Origin: Octopus sinensis
Taxonomy: Eukaryota
Assembly: GCF_006345805.1 (NCBI RefSeq)
Contig: NC_043000.1
Location: 140,306,001 to 140,370,000, forward strand
Length of the DNA: 64,000 nt
Direction: 5' to 3'
The notes beneath the pieces were generated by a model, which saw only the letters and a program-made list of their open reading frames with translations, made no database searches and was not told the origin of the DNA. This document shows, piece by piece, positions 23,249 through 36,502 of this stretch; the stretch's first letter is position 1; the number at the start of each line of letters is the position of its first letter. The translations under genes were made by a program, and so were the position numbers.

Positions 23249-24631
23249 ATATATATATATACAAGTAATTTGCAAGAAAAGAACCTTCAACTGAGGTAGA
23301 GATGAGTATTGTGAGATGTAGCTTTGCGCCCTTAAGACTAGAGTAGCATATGAATAGAGGGGAAAGGATTAGGTGTCTTGCAGTAGAGGAGATACATGGC
23401 TACCTCAGCTGGAGTGAGAATGGAGAAAGAGAGAGAGAGAGAGGTGGTGGAAAGAGAGATAAGATGGTGTGATGAAGTGTAAACCCAAAATACAGGGAGA
23501 TGTATATAGTGAAGTGGAGCAAGGATTGGATAGGGTAGGGTGAGTAGGTGGGTAAATCAACCTCAGTGTTCAACTGTTATGTATTTTATCAAACTTGAAA
23601 GGATGAAAGACGAAGTAAACTTAGTCAGATTTGAGCTCAGAACGTTAACACAGATGGATGAATACGAATTGTATTAGATGGGTAGTCATGATGAGTCAAC
23701 TGGGCTTTGTATATTTGCACCTCAGTGTGTCACTTTGATGGCATGTGCTGACCTCTCACTTGATAATAATAATAATAATGATAATAATAATAATAATAAT
23801 AATAATGGTTTGAAATTGAGTCATAGGGACAGCGATTTTAAGGGAAGTGGGGAAGTCAGTTACATCAGCTTCAATACTTCACAAGTACTTCATTTTATCA
23901 AACCCTAAAAGATGAATATCAAAGTTGACTCCTACAAGAATTGAACCCAAAATGAAGAGTTAGAAGAAATACTGCTGTGAAACTTTCAATGAAATATATT
24001 AAAGCCAAGCAATTGAGCAGGGATTTGCCAGTCATATTTACTTCAGCATTTGAGAGGTCTATTTTATGGAGTGCAAAAAGGTGGAAAGTAAATTTAAATT
24101 TGTAGGGATTTGAAGTCAAGATGTAAAGAGCCATAACATATAACACAAGCAATTTTCTCAAATATTCCAATGATTCTGTGCTTATCTAAATCAAAATATC
24201 AGTCAACATGTTATAACTTAAATGAGGATGCAAGATATTGGTTGGCCAATTTTACTATAACATATAGCAACATATAAAAGTTAACAGATGTTTTAATAAG
24301 CCACCTACAAAATCTTGATAATTTAAAAAATACAGTGAAACAAACGATTTAAAATGTAAAGATATTTTGTGTTGAAACGAAGGAAAATGTAAATAAAATG
24401 ATAGGGAGAAAATTAGAAATAAACACAGATGTTGTATGATATCTTATTAGCAAATAGAATTAAATCTGTAGAATGAAAGATAAGTTTGTTTTCTGAAAAT
24501 TAGAAGACAAATATAAAACTGATAATACCACTAAATGGTGAATACTAGAGCTGCTAGAAATAGCTACCAAATCCCATTCAAATAATACAATATAATCATA
24601 AAAGTAAGATACATTGTAAATGTTAACCTAG

Positions 24632-24722
<91 letters not shown>

Positions 24723-24788
24723 CGAGTTGGGAAGACACTCGGCAAGAAATGGAAGCAAATTTGAAAGAAGAAGAAAAAAAAAGATAAC

Positions 24789-24838
<50 letters not shown>

Positions 24839-24845
24839 TAATAAT
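24632..24845. repeat. (AAT)n microsatellites
   Basis: Two tracts, 24632-24722 and about 24787-24845. Confidence 0.95.
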
Positions 24846-26466
24846 GAAGTTTGGCTTAGATAAATGTGAAAAAGTTACCTATATCAGAGGGAAAATGACA
24901 GAAACACCCAACACTAATCTTGATCAATAGAATGTTATAAAGGAGTTATAATCAGCAGAGAGCTACAAATACCCAGGCGTATTTGAAGGTGAGGAAATCA
25001 AACATTCAGTGATGAGGGAAAAGGTCAGAAAAGAATGTTATCGCAGGGTAAGGGCAATACTCAAGACAGAGTTAAACACAAGAAACAGGATCAAAGCAAT
25101 CAATAATTTAGCCATACCAGTTGTGATTTACAGTTTCAATATTATTAAGTGGTCAATTTCTGAAATCTGTAATCTTGAAGAAAAAATATGAAAATTGTTG
25201 ACATAGGCACAGGAGTGGCTGTGTGGTAAGTAGCTTGCTTACCAACCACATGGTTCCGGGTTCAGTCCCACTGCGTGGCATCTTGGGCAAGTGTCTTCTA
25301 CTATAGCCTCGGGCCGACCAATGCCCTGTGAGTGGATTTGGTAGACGGAAACTTAAAGAAGCCCGTCGTATATATGTATGTATATATATATGTGTGTGTA
25401 TATGTTTGTGTGTCTGTGTTTGTCCCCCTAGCATTGCTTGACAACCGATGCTGGTGTGTTTACGTCCCCATCACTTAGTGGTTCAGCAAAAGAGACTGAT
25501 AGAATAAGTACTGGGCTTACAAAGAATAAGTCTTGGGGTCGATTTGCTCGACTAAAGGCGGTGCTCCAGCATGGCTGCAGTCAAATGACTGAAACAAGTA
25601 AAAGAGTAAAGAGTAATGAATAGACAATGAATAAAATGCGCCACCCTAAGACAGAAAAGGGGATGGCCATGGACTTTTACAAGTGGAATTAACAATGAAG
25701 ACTGCCACAGTTGGCCTAAACACTTACCTGAAAAACTCTGATGACTGGATGCTAAAACTTGTCTTAAAGCATGAATGCAAGAAAACATCTTACTCATTAA
25801 CAAAACAGGTAAAGAAATATGTAAGTGAATTCCAGATACAAGAAATCCAGAATTAAGTGTACTGGAAAACAAGTACAGAAAAATCTAAGCATATGAAAGC
25901 TGTTGCCTTAGATATTTTTACTGATAAATAACAACAAAAACCTCTCAATGACAAATGCCAAAAGAGATCTTGAAATAAAAATTGGAAAAATGTGGATCCT
26001 CAAGACTAAAACAATATCTGTTGTCATAGGTACCCTAGGAATGGTAGCAAAAGGCGCTGATTGTTACCTAGTTCAGATACCAGGAAATCCAAACATGGAA
26101 GATATTTAAAAAATAGTGCTCATGGGTACTGTTCATACCCTACATAAAATATTATCTATATAATCCCCAGATATTTTAATCTGTAAGCAGTGTTAAAATA
26201 CTTTTAAAAGTATATAATAGTAAACACCTTTTACTACCATCTTAACATCACACTATTATCTTATAATCAAATTACTTTTAAAACAAGCTTTTAATTTACA
26301 TATGTTTTGACAGACATTCTCTAGAACAATACCTTGGGCAAAGCCAAATATATGGCACCATAGTCATAACACCATCTTGAACTTCTAAACTGTTGTCTCT
26401 TGAGATCACTGGGTGAGGCTTGGAGTCATCTTGTACAAACACAAAGCAAAAGCCAAATATATATTG
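24843..26466 (+). mobile_element. R4/Dong-clade non-LTR retrotransposon relic inserted in (TAA)n
   Basis: MKFGLDKC, YRRVRAILKTELNTRNRIKAINNLAIPVVIYSF, DLEIKIGKMW...VVIGTLG...VLMGTVH. Flanked on both sides by TAA repeats. Confidence 0.85.
25206..25616 (+). mobile_element. SINE family B nested in the R4/Dong relic
   Basis: Full-length homology to other family B copies. Confidence 0.92.
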
Positions 26467-26608
26467 ATAATAATAATAATATAATAATAATAATAATAAT
26501 AATAATGATGATAATAATAATAATGTTAATAATAATAATGTTAATAATAATAATGTTAATAATATAATGTTAATAATAATAATAATGATAATAATAATAA
26601 TAATAATG

Positions 26609-26645
<37 letters not shown>

Positions 26646-26740
26646 TAATAATAATGATGATAATAATAATAATAATGATAATAATAATGATGATAATAAT
26701 AATAATAATGATAATAATAATGATGATAATAATAATAATA
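26466..26740. repeat. (AAT)n/(GAT) compound microsatellite
   Basis: Directly visible. Confidence 0.95.
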
Positions 26741-26827
26741 TACAGAAAACAAAGTTGGGGTGTGATCTGGGAAATTTGAACCACTCGCTATTCAAATACT
26801 TCTTTCTAACAAATTTGAGAAAACAGT

Positions 26828-27195
26828 GTCATCATCATCATTGTCATCATCATCGTTTAACATCTGTTTTCCATGCTGGCATGGGTTGGATGGTTCAACT
26901 GGGATCTGGGAAGCCAGGGGGCTGCACCAGGCCCCAATCTGATCTGGCAGTGTTTCTACAGCCCTTCCTAATGCCAACCACTCCAAGAGCTTTTTACGTG
27001 CCACTGGCACAGGGGTCAGAGGAGCTGGCATCAACCACGATCAGATGGTGCATTTTACATGCCACCTGCATAGAAGCCAGTCAAAGCGGCACTGACATCA
27101 GCCACGTTCGGACGGTGCTTTTTACATGTTACTGGCACAGGATTCACAAATACGATTTCCATATGATTTGATTTTGATATTGCTGTTGATGTTGA
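26828..27195 (-). mobile_element. Family D (RTE 3'-UTR)
   Basis: Homology to 16058-16507. Confidence 0.8.
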
Positions 27196-28352
27196 TGTCT
27201 ATGTAAAACATTACTTTTAACTTTCAAGTTTCTTCTGAAGCATACATCATCAGAAAAGAAAACATCAGTTAGGTGGAAAATAAGAAAAATAAATAAATAA
27301 ATGCTGCATAAGAGATATCAGTGCATAGGAGTAAACAAGACTAGAAATTTTTTTTTTTTTCATCATCCATTAGAATAATATTCTATATAAGAAACAGAAT
27401 TGTAATGTAAGTTGTATGAAATGTGTTTCTAGGCTAAAAGAATTTGCAATTAAATTTTGCACTAATTAAACTCCTCAAGCAAATTATCAAAGAATATATA
27501 AAAAAAAAATTTAAAAGAAAGAAAATATAGACCAAATAAATCATGAGGAGAAATAAAATAGAAAAATGAAATATGGAAAATATGCTTAATTCTGTTCTCC
27601 ACATAAAAAAGAACATTTTTATTTCAATTATATTCTAACAAATATTTCTTTGTTTTGACTAAATTTTGCATTTTGATGGCAGTAAGTGAATCATGTATAT
27701 ATTACATGTAACTTCAGAGTCCAGTTAAGTAAGTCATTTAGAGGTTGGTCATAAGTGTAAAGGCTGAAATTTTATGGCCCATCCGCTATGATAAACTGTA
27801 TACAAAACATGTACATATATATATATTGACAATGTCAATGTCGATAGTAGTATGTAACATACATAAATGCTTTCCTTTGATTATGATTTAGTAGCTTTGT
27901 GATTTAATTATGTAGGTCCAGTCCACTTTGTTTAAAATACAAATATATTTTATCTATATATTATATATATATATGTGTATATTATCGCTATGGACTCCAT
28001 ATGGGCAGTCATCTAACAGTTTTTGTTCATCTTGATGCTGACATAAGTTCCTTGTTTTTGCTGATGAGAAGGCAGCATAATGCACCCCTTATTCCTTCGA
28101 AATTAGGAATATGCAGCCTTCGAAACATATGTCGAGAATAAAGGAATTTTGTTAAATCGTCGTTCAACTCCATTCTTTCATTTATTTGTATTAAAAAAAC
28201 ACACAAATTTCCACACGAAAGCACGTGATCTCTGTCCTTGGCATGTAGCTTCAACTGTGTTTTTCTGACGTGAATTTGCTACCCAGGTATCGGTTAACCG
28301 AATTATCCATACTAAGATAATTCATTCAACTACTTATATATATATATATATA

Positions 28353-29160
28353 CTAGCAGTATAACCCGGCCTTGTCCGGGATTAAGTTACGATTATTAAG
28401 CTGATCAAGTTCTTTATTTCAAACCAAACTAAGTAATATCGACATCAAATTTTGGGCAAAATCCGTTGAAATTGGTTATTTATATATATATTATATATAT
28501 ATAATATAAATATATATGAGCAACAGACACGAACACACATGTACGTCCGTACACCTATTGCATGTTTTGTGCATGCATACATATTCATAAACAGAAATGA
28601 ACGGAAAAATGTTGTTAAATTTGTAGATTAACATTCGCACGATTTTCACTAAGAAAAATAATCGGTTTTTTTTTTTGCGTGGAATCAACTACTCTGGCCT
28701 CCTAATATGCTACAAAACCCTTTTTGTGGTCCGTGAAATGGAGTGGGTGTGGTGGAAGCCTCGGAAATTGTACCCATTTATATTGTGCAATTCACTGACA
28801 AATTGCTACTCACCTCTTTGTTTCTTTGTTGTTAAATAAATGGATTGTCAACAAAACACTTTTTTACTCGGCGTAAAATAAAAACAAAACTCTTTCGCAC
28901 GCAAAGTAATGTGTGTGAGAGAGAGGAGGGAGAAAGATGAACGATTTAAAATAAATAAATGACTTAAAATAAACATGTTGTAATTGTTGTGTGAGAAAGT
29001 ATATATACTATGATTATAAAATATAGTGTCTTTCAAAAACATCCTGAATTTGAACACTATATCTCGTGTTTAAGAAAAGACAAAACATTTTACATTTTAT
29101 ATTTTATGAACGTCGTCACTTACTCTCTCTCTCCCTCTCTCACTTTGTCTTTCCCGTGAA
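28353..29160 (-). mobile_element. Probable non-autonomous Helitron
   Basis: Minus strand reads CCCGG-ACAAGG-CCGGG hairpin, 8 nt, then CTAG|T at 28353, the canonical Helitron 3' end. 5' boundary uncertain. Confidence 0.55.
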
Positions 29161-29174
29161 ACTCTCTGTCTCTC

Positions 29175-29589
29175 TGGGAGCCAGTCCAGCGGCACTGGCA
29201 ATGACCACACTGAATGTTGTTTTTCACATGCCACCGGCACATGTGCCAGTAAGGTGACGCTGGCAACGATCACACTCAAATGGTGCTTTTCACATGCCAC
29301 CGGCATGGGAGCCCGTTAGTGGCTGGGCAATTATCATGCTCAGATGGTGCTTTTAATGTTCCACTGGCACGAGTGCAAATCAGGCAGTACTGTCATCAGC
29401 TATGTCAGCAATTTTGCTTTCATTTGCCCCGACAGGTCTTCGCAAGTAAAGTTTATTGTCCAATGAATGAAGGGTACTCATATGTGGGCTGGTTATACAC
29501 CACTGCCCAAGATGCCACGCAGTGGGACTGAACCCAGAACCATGTGGTTGGTTTATTAAGCTACTTACCACACAGCCACTCCTGCGCCT
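29175..29589 (-). mobile_element. Chimera: SINE B tRNA head fused to RTE 3'-UTR modules
   Basis: B head at 29505-29589 joins D-type modules at 29175-29503. Confidence 0.75.
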
Positions 29590-29694
29590 ATATATGTACA
29601 TGTGTATGTGTTTTTCTATGTGTCTGTATGTATACACACACATGCACACACACACATACACACACACATATATATATATATTTTCATATAAACA

Positions 29695-29731
<37 letters not shown>

Positions 29732-31073
29732 TTATTGTTGATTCATATATAAAAATAGATACACTCAGTGTATACTTAGTATAGCTCTAAGTATTTTAGA
29801 CATAAATACACATAAGTCTAATAAATATATTATTTGGTTTTTCCTTTGAATTTATTTCTACATTTTCGTTTGTATGCTTCTAAGTATGTTCATGTTTATA
29901 TACAAAATGTATGTAATTTCTACATTCTTTAATCCATTGCAACTTTATAGTGCCTGCCTGTCTGCAACTATTTTTTAGACTCTGTATAATCTATTATTAT
30001 CCACAACCTCTCTTCACTTCATTGCTTCTAGGCATTGACCTTCTACTAACTCCATTTATGCTTGGTTAATTTTTTCCTCCCTTACACTTGCCTTTTATCT
30101 CTAGCACATTATACATGCCTATTCTGCTTAGAACTATTCTAGACTCTTTAAATTTCTCTTGTAATAGTACATAGAACCACAAATACCATATTTTTAATGA
30201 AACAACTGTAAGAGAATCTCTTAGTTAAAATTAACCCCTTTACTTTTTATTAACCTGGGTTCTTCCATGAAAATGTTGGTAGTGATTTTTTGTCCTTCCT
30301 CAGAAGTAAAGTATTTAGCTGCTATTGGACTGTCAGCTGAAACACTTTCCAATCCAAGGAAAGCTTTTGTGTGGGTTCTTTGCTTTGTGCGGTGTCTGAT
30401 TTGGTGTGGTTTCTACAACTGGATGCCCTTCCTGATGCCAACCATTCTACAGAGTGTGCTGGGTGCTTTTATGTGGCAGCCCATGGGCACTTATATGTGG
30501 CACTGCATGGGTGCTTTTACATTGCACTTCCACAAGTGCTTTTTATGTGGCACTGGCACATACTTATATACATACATAATTATATACATATATATATCAT
30601 CATCATCATCATCAATTAACGTCCGATATATATATATATTTGCATATGTGTATATAGATATGTGCATGTGTTTGTGTCTCCTAGTCTTGGTATCATGTGA
30701 TAGTTGTAAATGAGTATCACTGTCAAAAAAGCAAGCGTTATGTAAGAACATGTCTTGGAAATGGCAGAGGGTTGGGAGCAAGGACATCAGTCCATAGAAA
30801 ATACGCCTCAGTAAACCCCATTTGACCCATGCAAGTATGGACAAGGAGATGTTAAAAGGATGATCATGACGATATAGATATATATATATATATATATGTA
30901 AATCCTATTTAAACTATGTGCAAGTGTGTGTGTTTAGAGATTAGGTTTTTACAAGGGCTCTGTTATCAAACCTATTCTGTTATTATACTTCTTGAGGCTG
31001 TAAACCATGAATGTAGTGCTAATATTTCTGTTTTGTATAAATTAGTCACAGGATGGAAAGTTGTGCCCATGAC

Positions 31074-31264
31074 CTCTGATGTCTTACAAGCAACTTGCAC
31101 ATGCAAGGGCTACCAGTCAAAAGCTCCGTATACCGGAAGCCAGCAAGTGTATGGGGTCATCAGGAGAGAATGCGCGCCGTTTCGGGGCCTACCTCTCGAT
31201 GGCATCAATGCGCACCATCCCCCCTCACTGATATGAGGCCCCGCTTGCTAGATCAGCTGGTTAT
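31074..31264. repeat. Family E, copy 2
   Basis: Homologous to 8478-8659. Confidence 0.85.
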
Positions 31265-31414
31265 GAAGTTAAACTCAATATGGGTGAAGTTACTTCAGAG
31301 GTTTGCATCACTGGGAAGGAGAGGCAAATGTATTTAGTGTTGAGTCTGAGAGACATAGTGTGATTGACAAAAGAAGGATAGAAATTTAGAAAGTAATTAC
31401 AACATCCTAATTTT

Positions 31415-32245
31415 AAAAAGCAGCTGTTGTTATCCACAGAGGTTGTATCTCCTCAAACTTTATCCAACCTGTTTTACCTTCAGAGCAACCACTTCTGCCA
31501 ATTTCATCTCCTAGGTAAAAAGAAAAGTTAGCAACTATTTCTCGTGAGACATCCAGGCATTTAAGAGGTTTTAATTCTGGTGTGCTCATATACATTCTGC
31601 TCCAAGTGCCTCTATACCATATGTTACTTATGTTCTCTGCTAGTTTGTCTATGATTCTGTTATACTTTTTGTGCATCCATAGCTTATAATGGGTACAGCA
31701 TATGGAGTATATACCAACTCGCTTTCTGCATGTTTAGCAAGGCCTTTACCCTGAGGATACCAGGTCCTATTTTCTTCCATGCTCATCAAAAATTTTGTCT
31801 TTGCATAGTTTACCTTGAGACCACTTCATTCTTAGTTTATTTTCCATGTCAAAACTTTCCTCTCTAATTCTGCTATAGATTCAGCAATAAGAACTAGATC
31901 ATCAGATTTTAGGAGTTCCAATGGATAGTCTGTTTTAAACTCCCGTGTCATGTCTTATAGGACAATGATGAAATAGGAAAAGACTGAAGTCTGTGCCTTT
32001 ATGAACTCCTATCCTCATGCTAAATTTGTCATTGTTATTGTTATTGACTCATTTTATTTACCAGATCCTTGTACATAGTTTGGGCAGCCTTCCCAAACCA
32101 TCCCTCAACTTTTAGTTTACTTAGTGGCTACAAAATTACTGAACATGGTATCCTAAGAAATATCTATATTCTCATGCCTCGATCTATGTGGCAGAAGCTT
32201 CAGGAAAGTTGCTGTTGTACTGAAGATCAACAGAATCTCCTCAAA
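31415..32245 (-). mobile_element. Old RTE-clade LINE RT fragment
   Basis: EIVANFSFYLGDEIGRSGCSE...GWIKFEE and decayed RT motifs upstream. Confidence 0.7.
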
Positions 32246-32754
32246 GGATAATAAATAAACTGAAATTCTGTAATTATGGTCTAGGGTCCAAAGCTTAGTA
32301 TCAATATGGTCATGAACAAAATTGTTTTGAAAAAGCAAGCAGAAGTTGCCATTCTATCTGAGAAGGCTTTGCTCAACATGTAGAAAAGCAAGTATGAGCT
32401 AAATACAATAAACTCAATACAAATAATAATTACAAAATAGGTTTCACAGTATAACTGGCAGGTATAATTAAGTCTTAAGATTTCAGAGGTTGCGAAAACT
32501 GGAATGAACAGTGAAAGTTAAGTTCATGTTATTTCGAGGTATCATGAACTTCTAGATATCAGGAACTTAACATGATATTTCTAGATATTAGGAAATTTAG
32601 TTGATAACTTCAGACACCAAGATGAGTTAACAGTTGCTCGTAGAGATTGTAATAAAAGCATAGTTGCACTAGTAGGGAAAAGATGTGGGAGATATTCCGG
32701 CTATTGCTACTTATGTTGGTAAACGAAAGGCAGATTCCAGATTCAATGAAGAGT

Positions 32755-32756
32755 GG

Positions 32757-32816
<60 letters not shown>

Positions 32817-32945
32817 CGACGACGACGACGACGATGACGACGATGAGGATGAGGGTAGTGGTCATCGAGTTGGTGGTGGTGGTAGTGGTGGTGGTGGTGG
32901 TAGTGGTGGTGATGGTGCTAGTGATGATCATTTGGATGATGATAC
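32755..32945. repeat. (GAT)n/(GAC)n/(GGT)n microsatellite
   Basis: Directly visible. Confidence 0.95.
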
Positions 32946-33464
32946 AAGTGATAAACAAATAGGAAACAGGATTATAAATTAGCGAGAATTAATTCAACAA
33001 TTTTTTTTTGAAAACTACCTATATAACGCTAATTTACAAATTATGATTTAAAAAAATTAATAACTTAATACTGAGTAATTAACATCCTTATACTATTTCT
33101 GTTCTTCAAAAAACCATGCTATAAAGCATTTAGTTATGCTGTCACTTTTTTCTTTTTGTGTGTGTGTATGTAATAACATCATATATGTCTTAATTATATA
33201 AATATAAATTATATTAAATAAATATGTTAGTTTTCTTTTGATTCTCATGAAGAATCAGAATGGAAATAGAGAATTAGAATGAAATTAAATTATAAAATTA
33301 ATAAGTATAATGAAATAGAAATAACTGAGCCAATCAATGGAATATAAAATATAAAATCTTTTCATTTGTTACTGCTGATACTTAGATCAGCAGCAACTTT
33401 TCTGAAACTTCTGCAGAATGGATCAAGACATTGTTGCATTTAGTTCACTTCCTTTTGTAACATA

Positions 33465-33718
33465 GGTGGCACATAAAAAAACACCCATTGAGCCAGGCTG
33501 TTGCCAGTACTGCCTGACTGGTCCTCATGCTGGTGACGCATAAAAGCACCCACTACACTCTTGGAGTGGTTGGCATTAGGAAGGGCATCCAGCTGTAGAA
33601 ACTCTGCTAGATCAAGATTGGAGCCTGATGCAGCCGTCTGGTTCACCAGTCCTCAGTCAAATCATCCAACCCACGCTAGCATAGAAATCGGACGTTAAAC
33701 GGTGATGATGATGATGAT
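33465..33718 (+). mobile_element. Family D (RTE 3'-UTR)
   Basis: Core and tail homology. Confidence 0.85.
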
Positions 33719-34970
33719 CCTTCATCAATAATGAAAAAAGTGGCATCCTGATGATGGAGGACCATTCTCTGGACCTAACAATCATTCTGAGACTAGTGAG
33801 AGTCTCTTGTCTAAGATGATGTATTCCTAGATATTCTAGCAGCTATTCTCAACAGGAATGTAAATTGAGGCAATGTAGAAAATAATGCTCTGACAAGAAA
33901 TATGAAATTCCATGATGAGACTTGAACACATGGTTCATGAATAGGTCATTCAGTACCTTATCTGCTTAGCCAGCTTGCTTACAACATTACAAAAATAAAA
34001 AAAAAACACTAATTAGGTGAAGCAATTATATACCCTTCTTTAGAACAAGTTTCAATTAATAACTATAGATCCTGGTCCAACTACTACCCAGAAATCTGCC
34101 GCTTTTTCTATGGTTGTTTGGCACTAATTAAACCCTGATCAAATGCAAGCTAAGTTCAAAAGCATTCCAGCCATGGCCCTTCTATATATATAATCTATAA
34201 CTAAGATTATATTAACCAATGTAACTTTCCTTCATTTTAAAATAGTAGGTGTAATTAAAATGACATTAGATTGCTATTATTAGTAGCTTGAAACATCACA
34301 CAGCAACTTCATTGGGCTAACTAGTAGCGCATTGATGAGGTACAGAATAAATTATTATATGTATCTAATGAATAGAAATATTTTATATAAAGACAAGACA
34401 TTTATGTTTGTGTATTATAGACCCTGTTGGATAAAATCTGTTCATAAATTTTGTTCAATTGTATAGCATTGGGAAAAAATCTTTGTTAATGTACCAACAA
34501 TATGTAACATTTCAGGAAAATTTCCCCATTAGCAGCTTTGTTGCTAAGTAAGTTGGATTAAAGGGTTTACTAGAAGTGATAGAGTGGGCAAAATGTTTGA
34601 GGAATTAGATTATGTCAAAGATCTAGGTAGCAGAATTAGACTGTTTTAACAAAATTAAGCTAAATTGGTGTACAGAAAAAGTCAATTCATGCAACTATAG
34701 TACAACTAACAATTAAACTTTCTCGACTTTACTAGACCTTTATATTCCATTATCCATACCTTGCTTTCATGTTGTATCACACTTTTTTTACACACACATT
34801 GTTGTTTACTATACTTCAGCATTATGTTGAAACTACTCCTAGTCAGATATCTATTTTAATGTGTAAGACTATAATAAATATTACTCTGTACAGTGAAACT
34901 TTAGACATGTGCCTGCTTATGTCTATATGTTGTATGATTGCAGACAAGAGATTGAAGATCCAATTTATAT

Positions 34971-35932
34971 AGTGCTGAAATATACAGATGACATCAAGCT
35001 GTACCTCGGAATAAAGAGGTCAGATCCTGTACACTATAGATCTCTATTGCAAGCAGACCTGGACTTGCAACTCAAGCTGGCTGTGGACAAATGTACCACC
35101 ATGCATTTTGGGAGGAGAAACCCAGCGTCCACTTACTCCTTCCATAAAACTAATCTCAAAAAGTCTTCGTGTGAAGGTAACCTGGGTGTTATTGTCAACA
35201 GCGATTTGCGTTGGACAAAACACATCGCTAAAATTGCCAAGAAGGCTGAGGGTGTCTTGGCATCACTCACCAAGTCCTTTGTGAGCCACTCTCTGGCTAT
35301 CTATCTGTGGCTTTATATAGCTATGGTAAGACCTCACCTGGAATTTGCATCACCAGTCTGGAACCCCTATCTTGCCCAGGATATTAATCGTCTGGAAGCC
35401 GTTCAGTGACATGCAACCAAAAGAATACCCTCCATCAGGCATTTGCCATATTCTGAACGCCTTACTTCCCTGGGCATGGACACATTGAAACTCCGACGTC
35501 TGGCAGCTGACTTGGCAGACACCCATAAAATTATTAACCATCTTACAAACAATAACTCTGAGCACCTTTTCAAACTCCACCCGTCTAACACCTGTGGACA
35601 TATTTACAAAGTCAGAAAACAGCACAGCTCCCATGACTTTAGGAAACGTTTTTTCACGCTGAGAGTTGCTGAAGCATGGAACAAACTGCCAGCATCAGTT
35701 GTTAGTTGTCGGAGCACTGCATCCTTCAAAACTTCCATGCTTTCTGAGATTCGCCAACACTACACCTGATTTTCTCCCCTCCATACACACACAAGCATGT
35801 ATCTGACTCAAACATTGTTCGCTTTCCAGACCTTTGTACATTACTGCATATACTTTATACGCACTTTCTGACAAGTTGTGGTGCACCTGAGCACTGTACA
35901 CAATAATTTCATTATTTATTTATTTATTTATT
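34971..35932 (+). mobile_element. 5'-truncated CR1-clade LINE
   Basis: KYTDDIKLY (YADD-like), LGVIVNSDLRW, VRPHLEFASPVWNPY, RLEAVQ*HATK, FFTLRVAEAWNKLP. One in-frame stop. 3' UTR ends in (ATTT)n. Confidence 0.92.
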
Positions 35933-36397
35933 CATATATATATTGTTTCTTTACTGCATTTACAATAGAGAAGTTGCTTTCTGGCATTTCAATTCTGTAA
36001 TAATGCTTTATGTTAGGTTATATTATATATCAAATTCATTAACAGTTTTAATTAAATAATTTCTGAATCTACCCATACCATGCCCATTTATGTTGTAGGA
36101 TACTGTAAGTTCAGCACCACTATGCTAGTGTAGTAGATATAGCTTTGCCTTTTCAATAACTATATTTTGTATAAATTGAGCTGGTCTAAAATTTGCACCT
36201 TAACAGTAAAAACCCCTCAAATCTAAAAGGTTTATTACTATGTTTCTTGACTCCTCAGAAGATGTTATTAATCATAAAACCTTCTTTACAGTCATACTAA
36301 TATGAGTTAATATGGGTGTTTGCTATGGTAGCGTATATTGTTCTAAATTCTAAACCCCTCTCACAGGATTTGTTAATATATTAAATTTTCTCCTAAT

Positions 36398-36428
<31 letters not shown>

Positions 36429-36502
36429 TACATACATACATACATACATACATACATACATACATACATACATACATACATACATTATACATATATATAT
36501 AT

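Noticed and set aside
26296-26795. Poly-Ile/Leu/Tyr ORFs, and similar YIYI/THTH/poly-Asp ORFs throughout
   Set aside because: Translations of microsatellites.
31150-31200. Type II hammerhead in family E (GAAA...CTGATGA on minus)
   Set aside because: The stem II strands (CCCC/CCCC) cannot pair.
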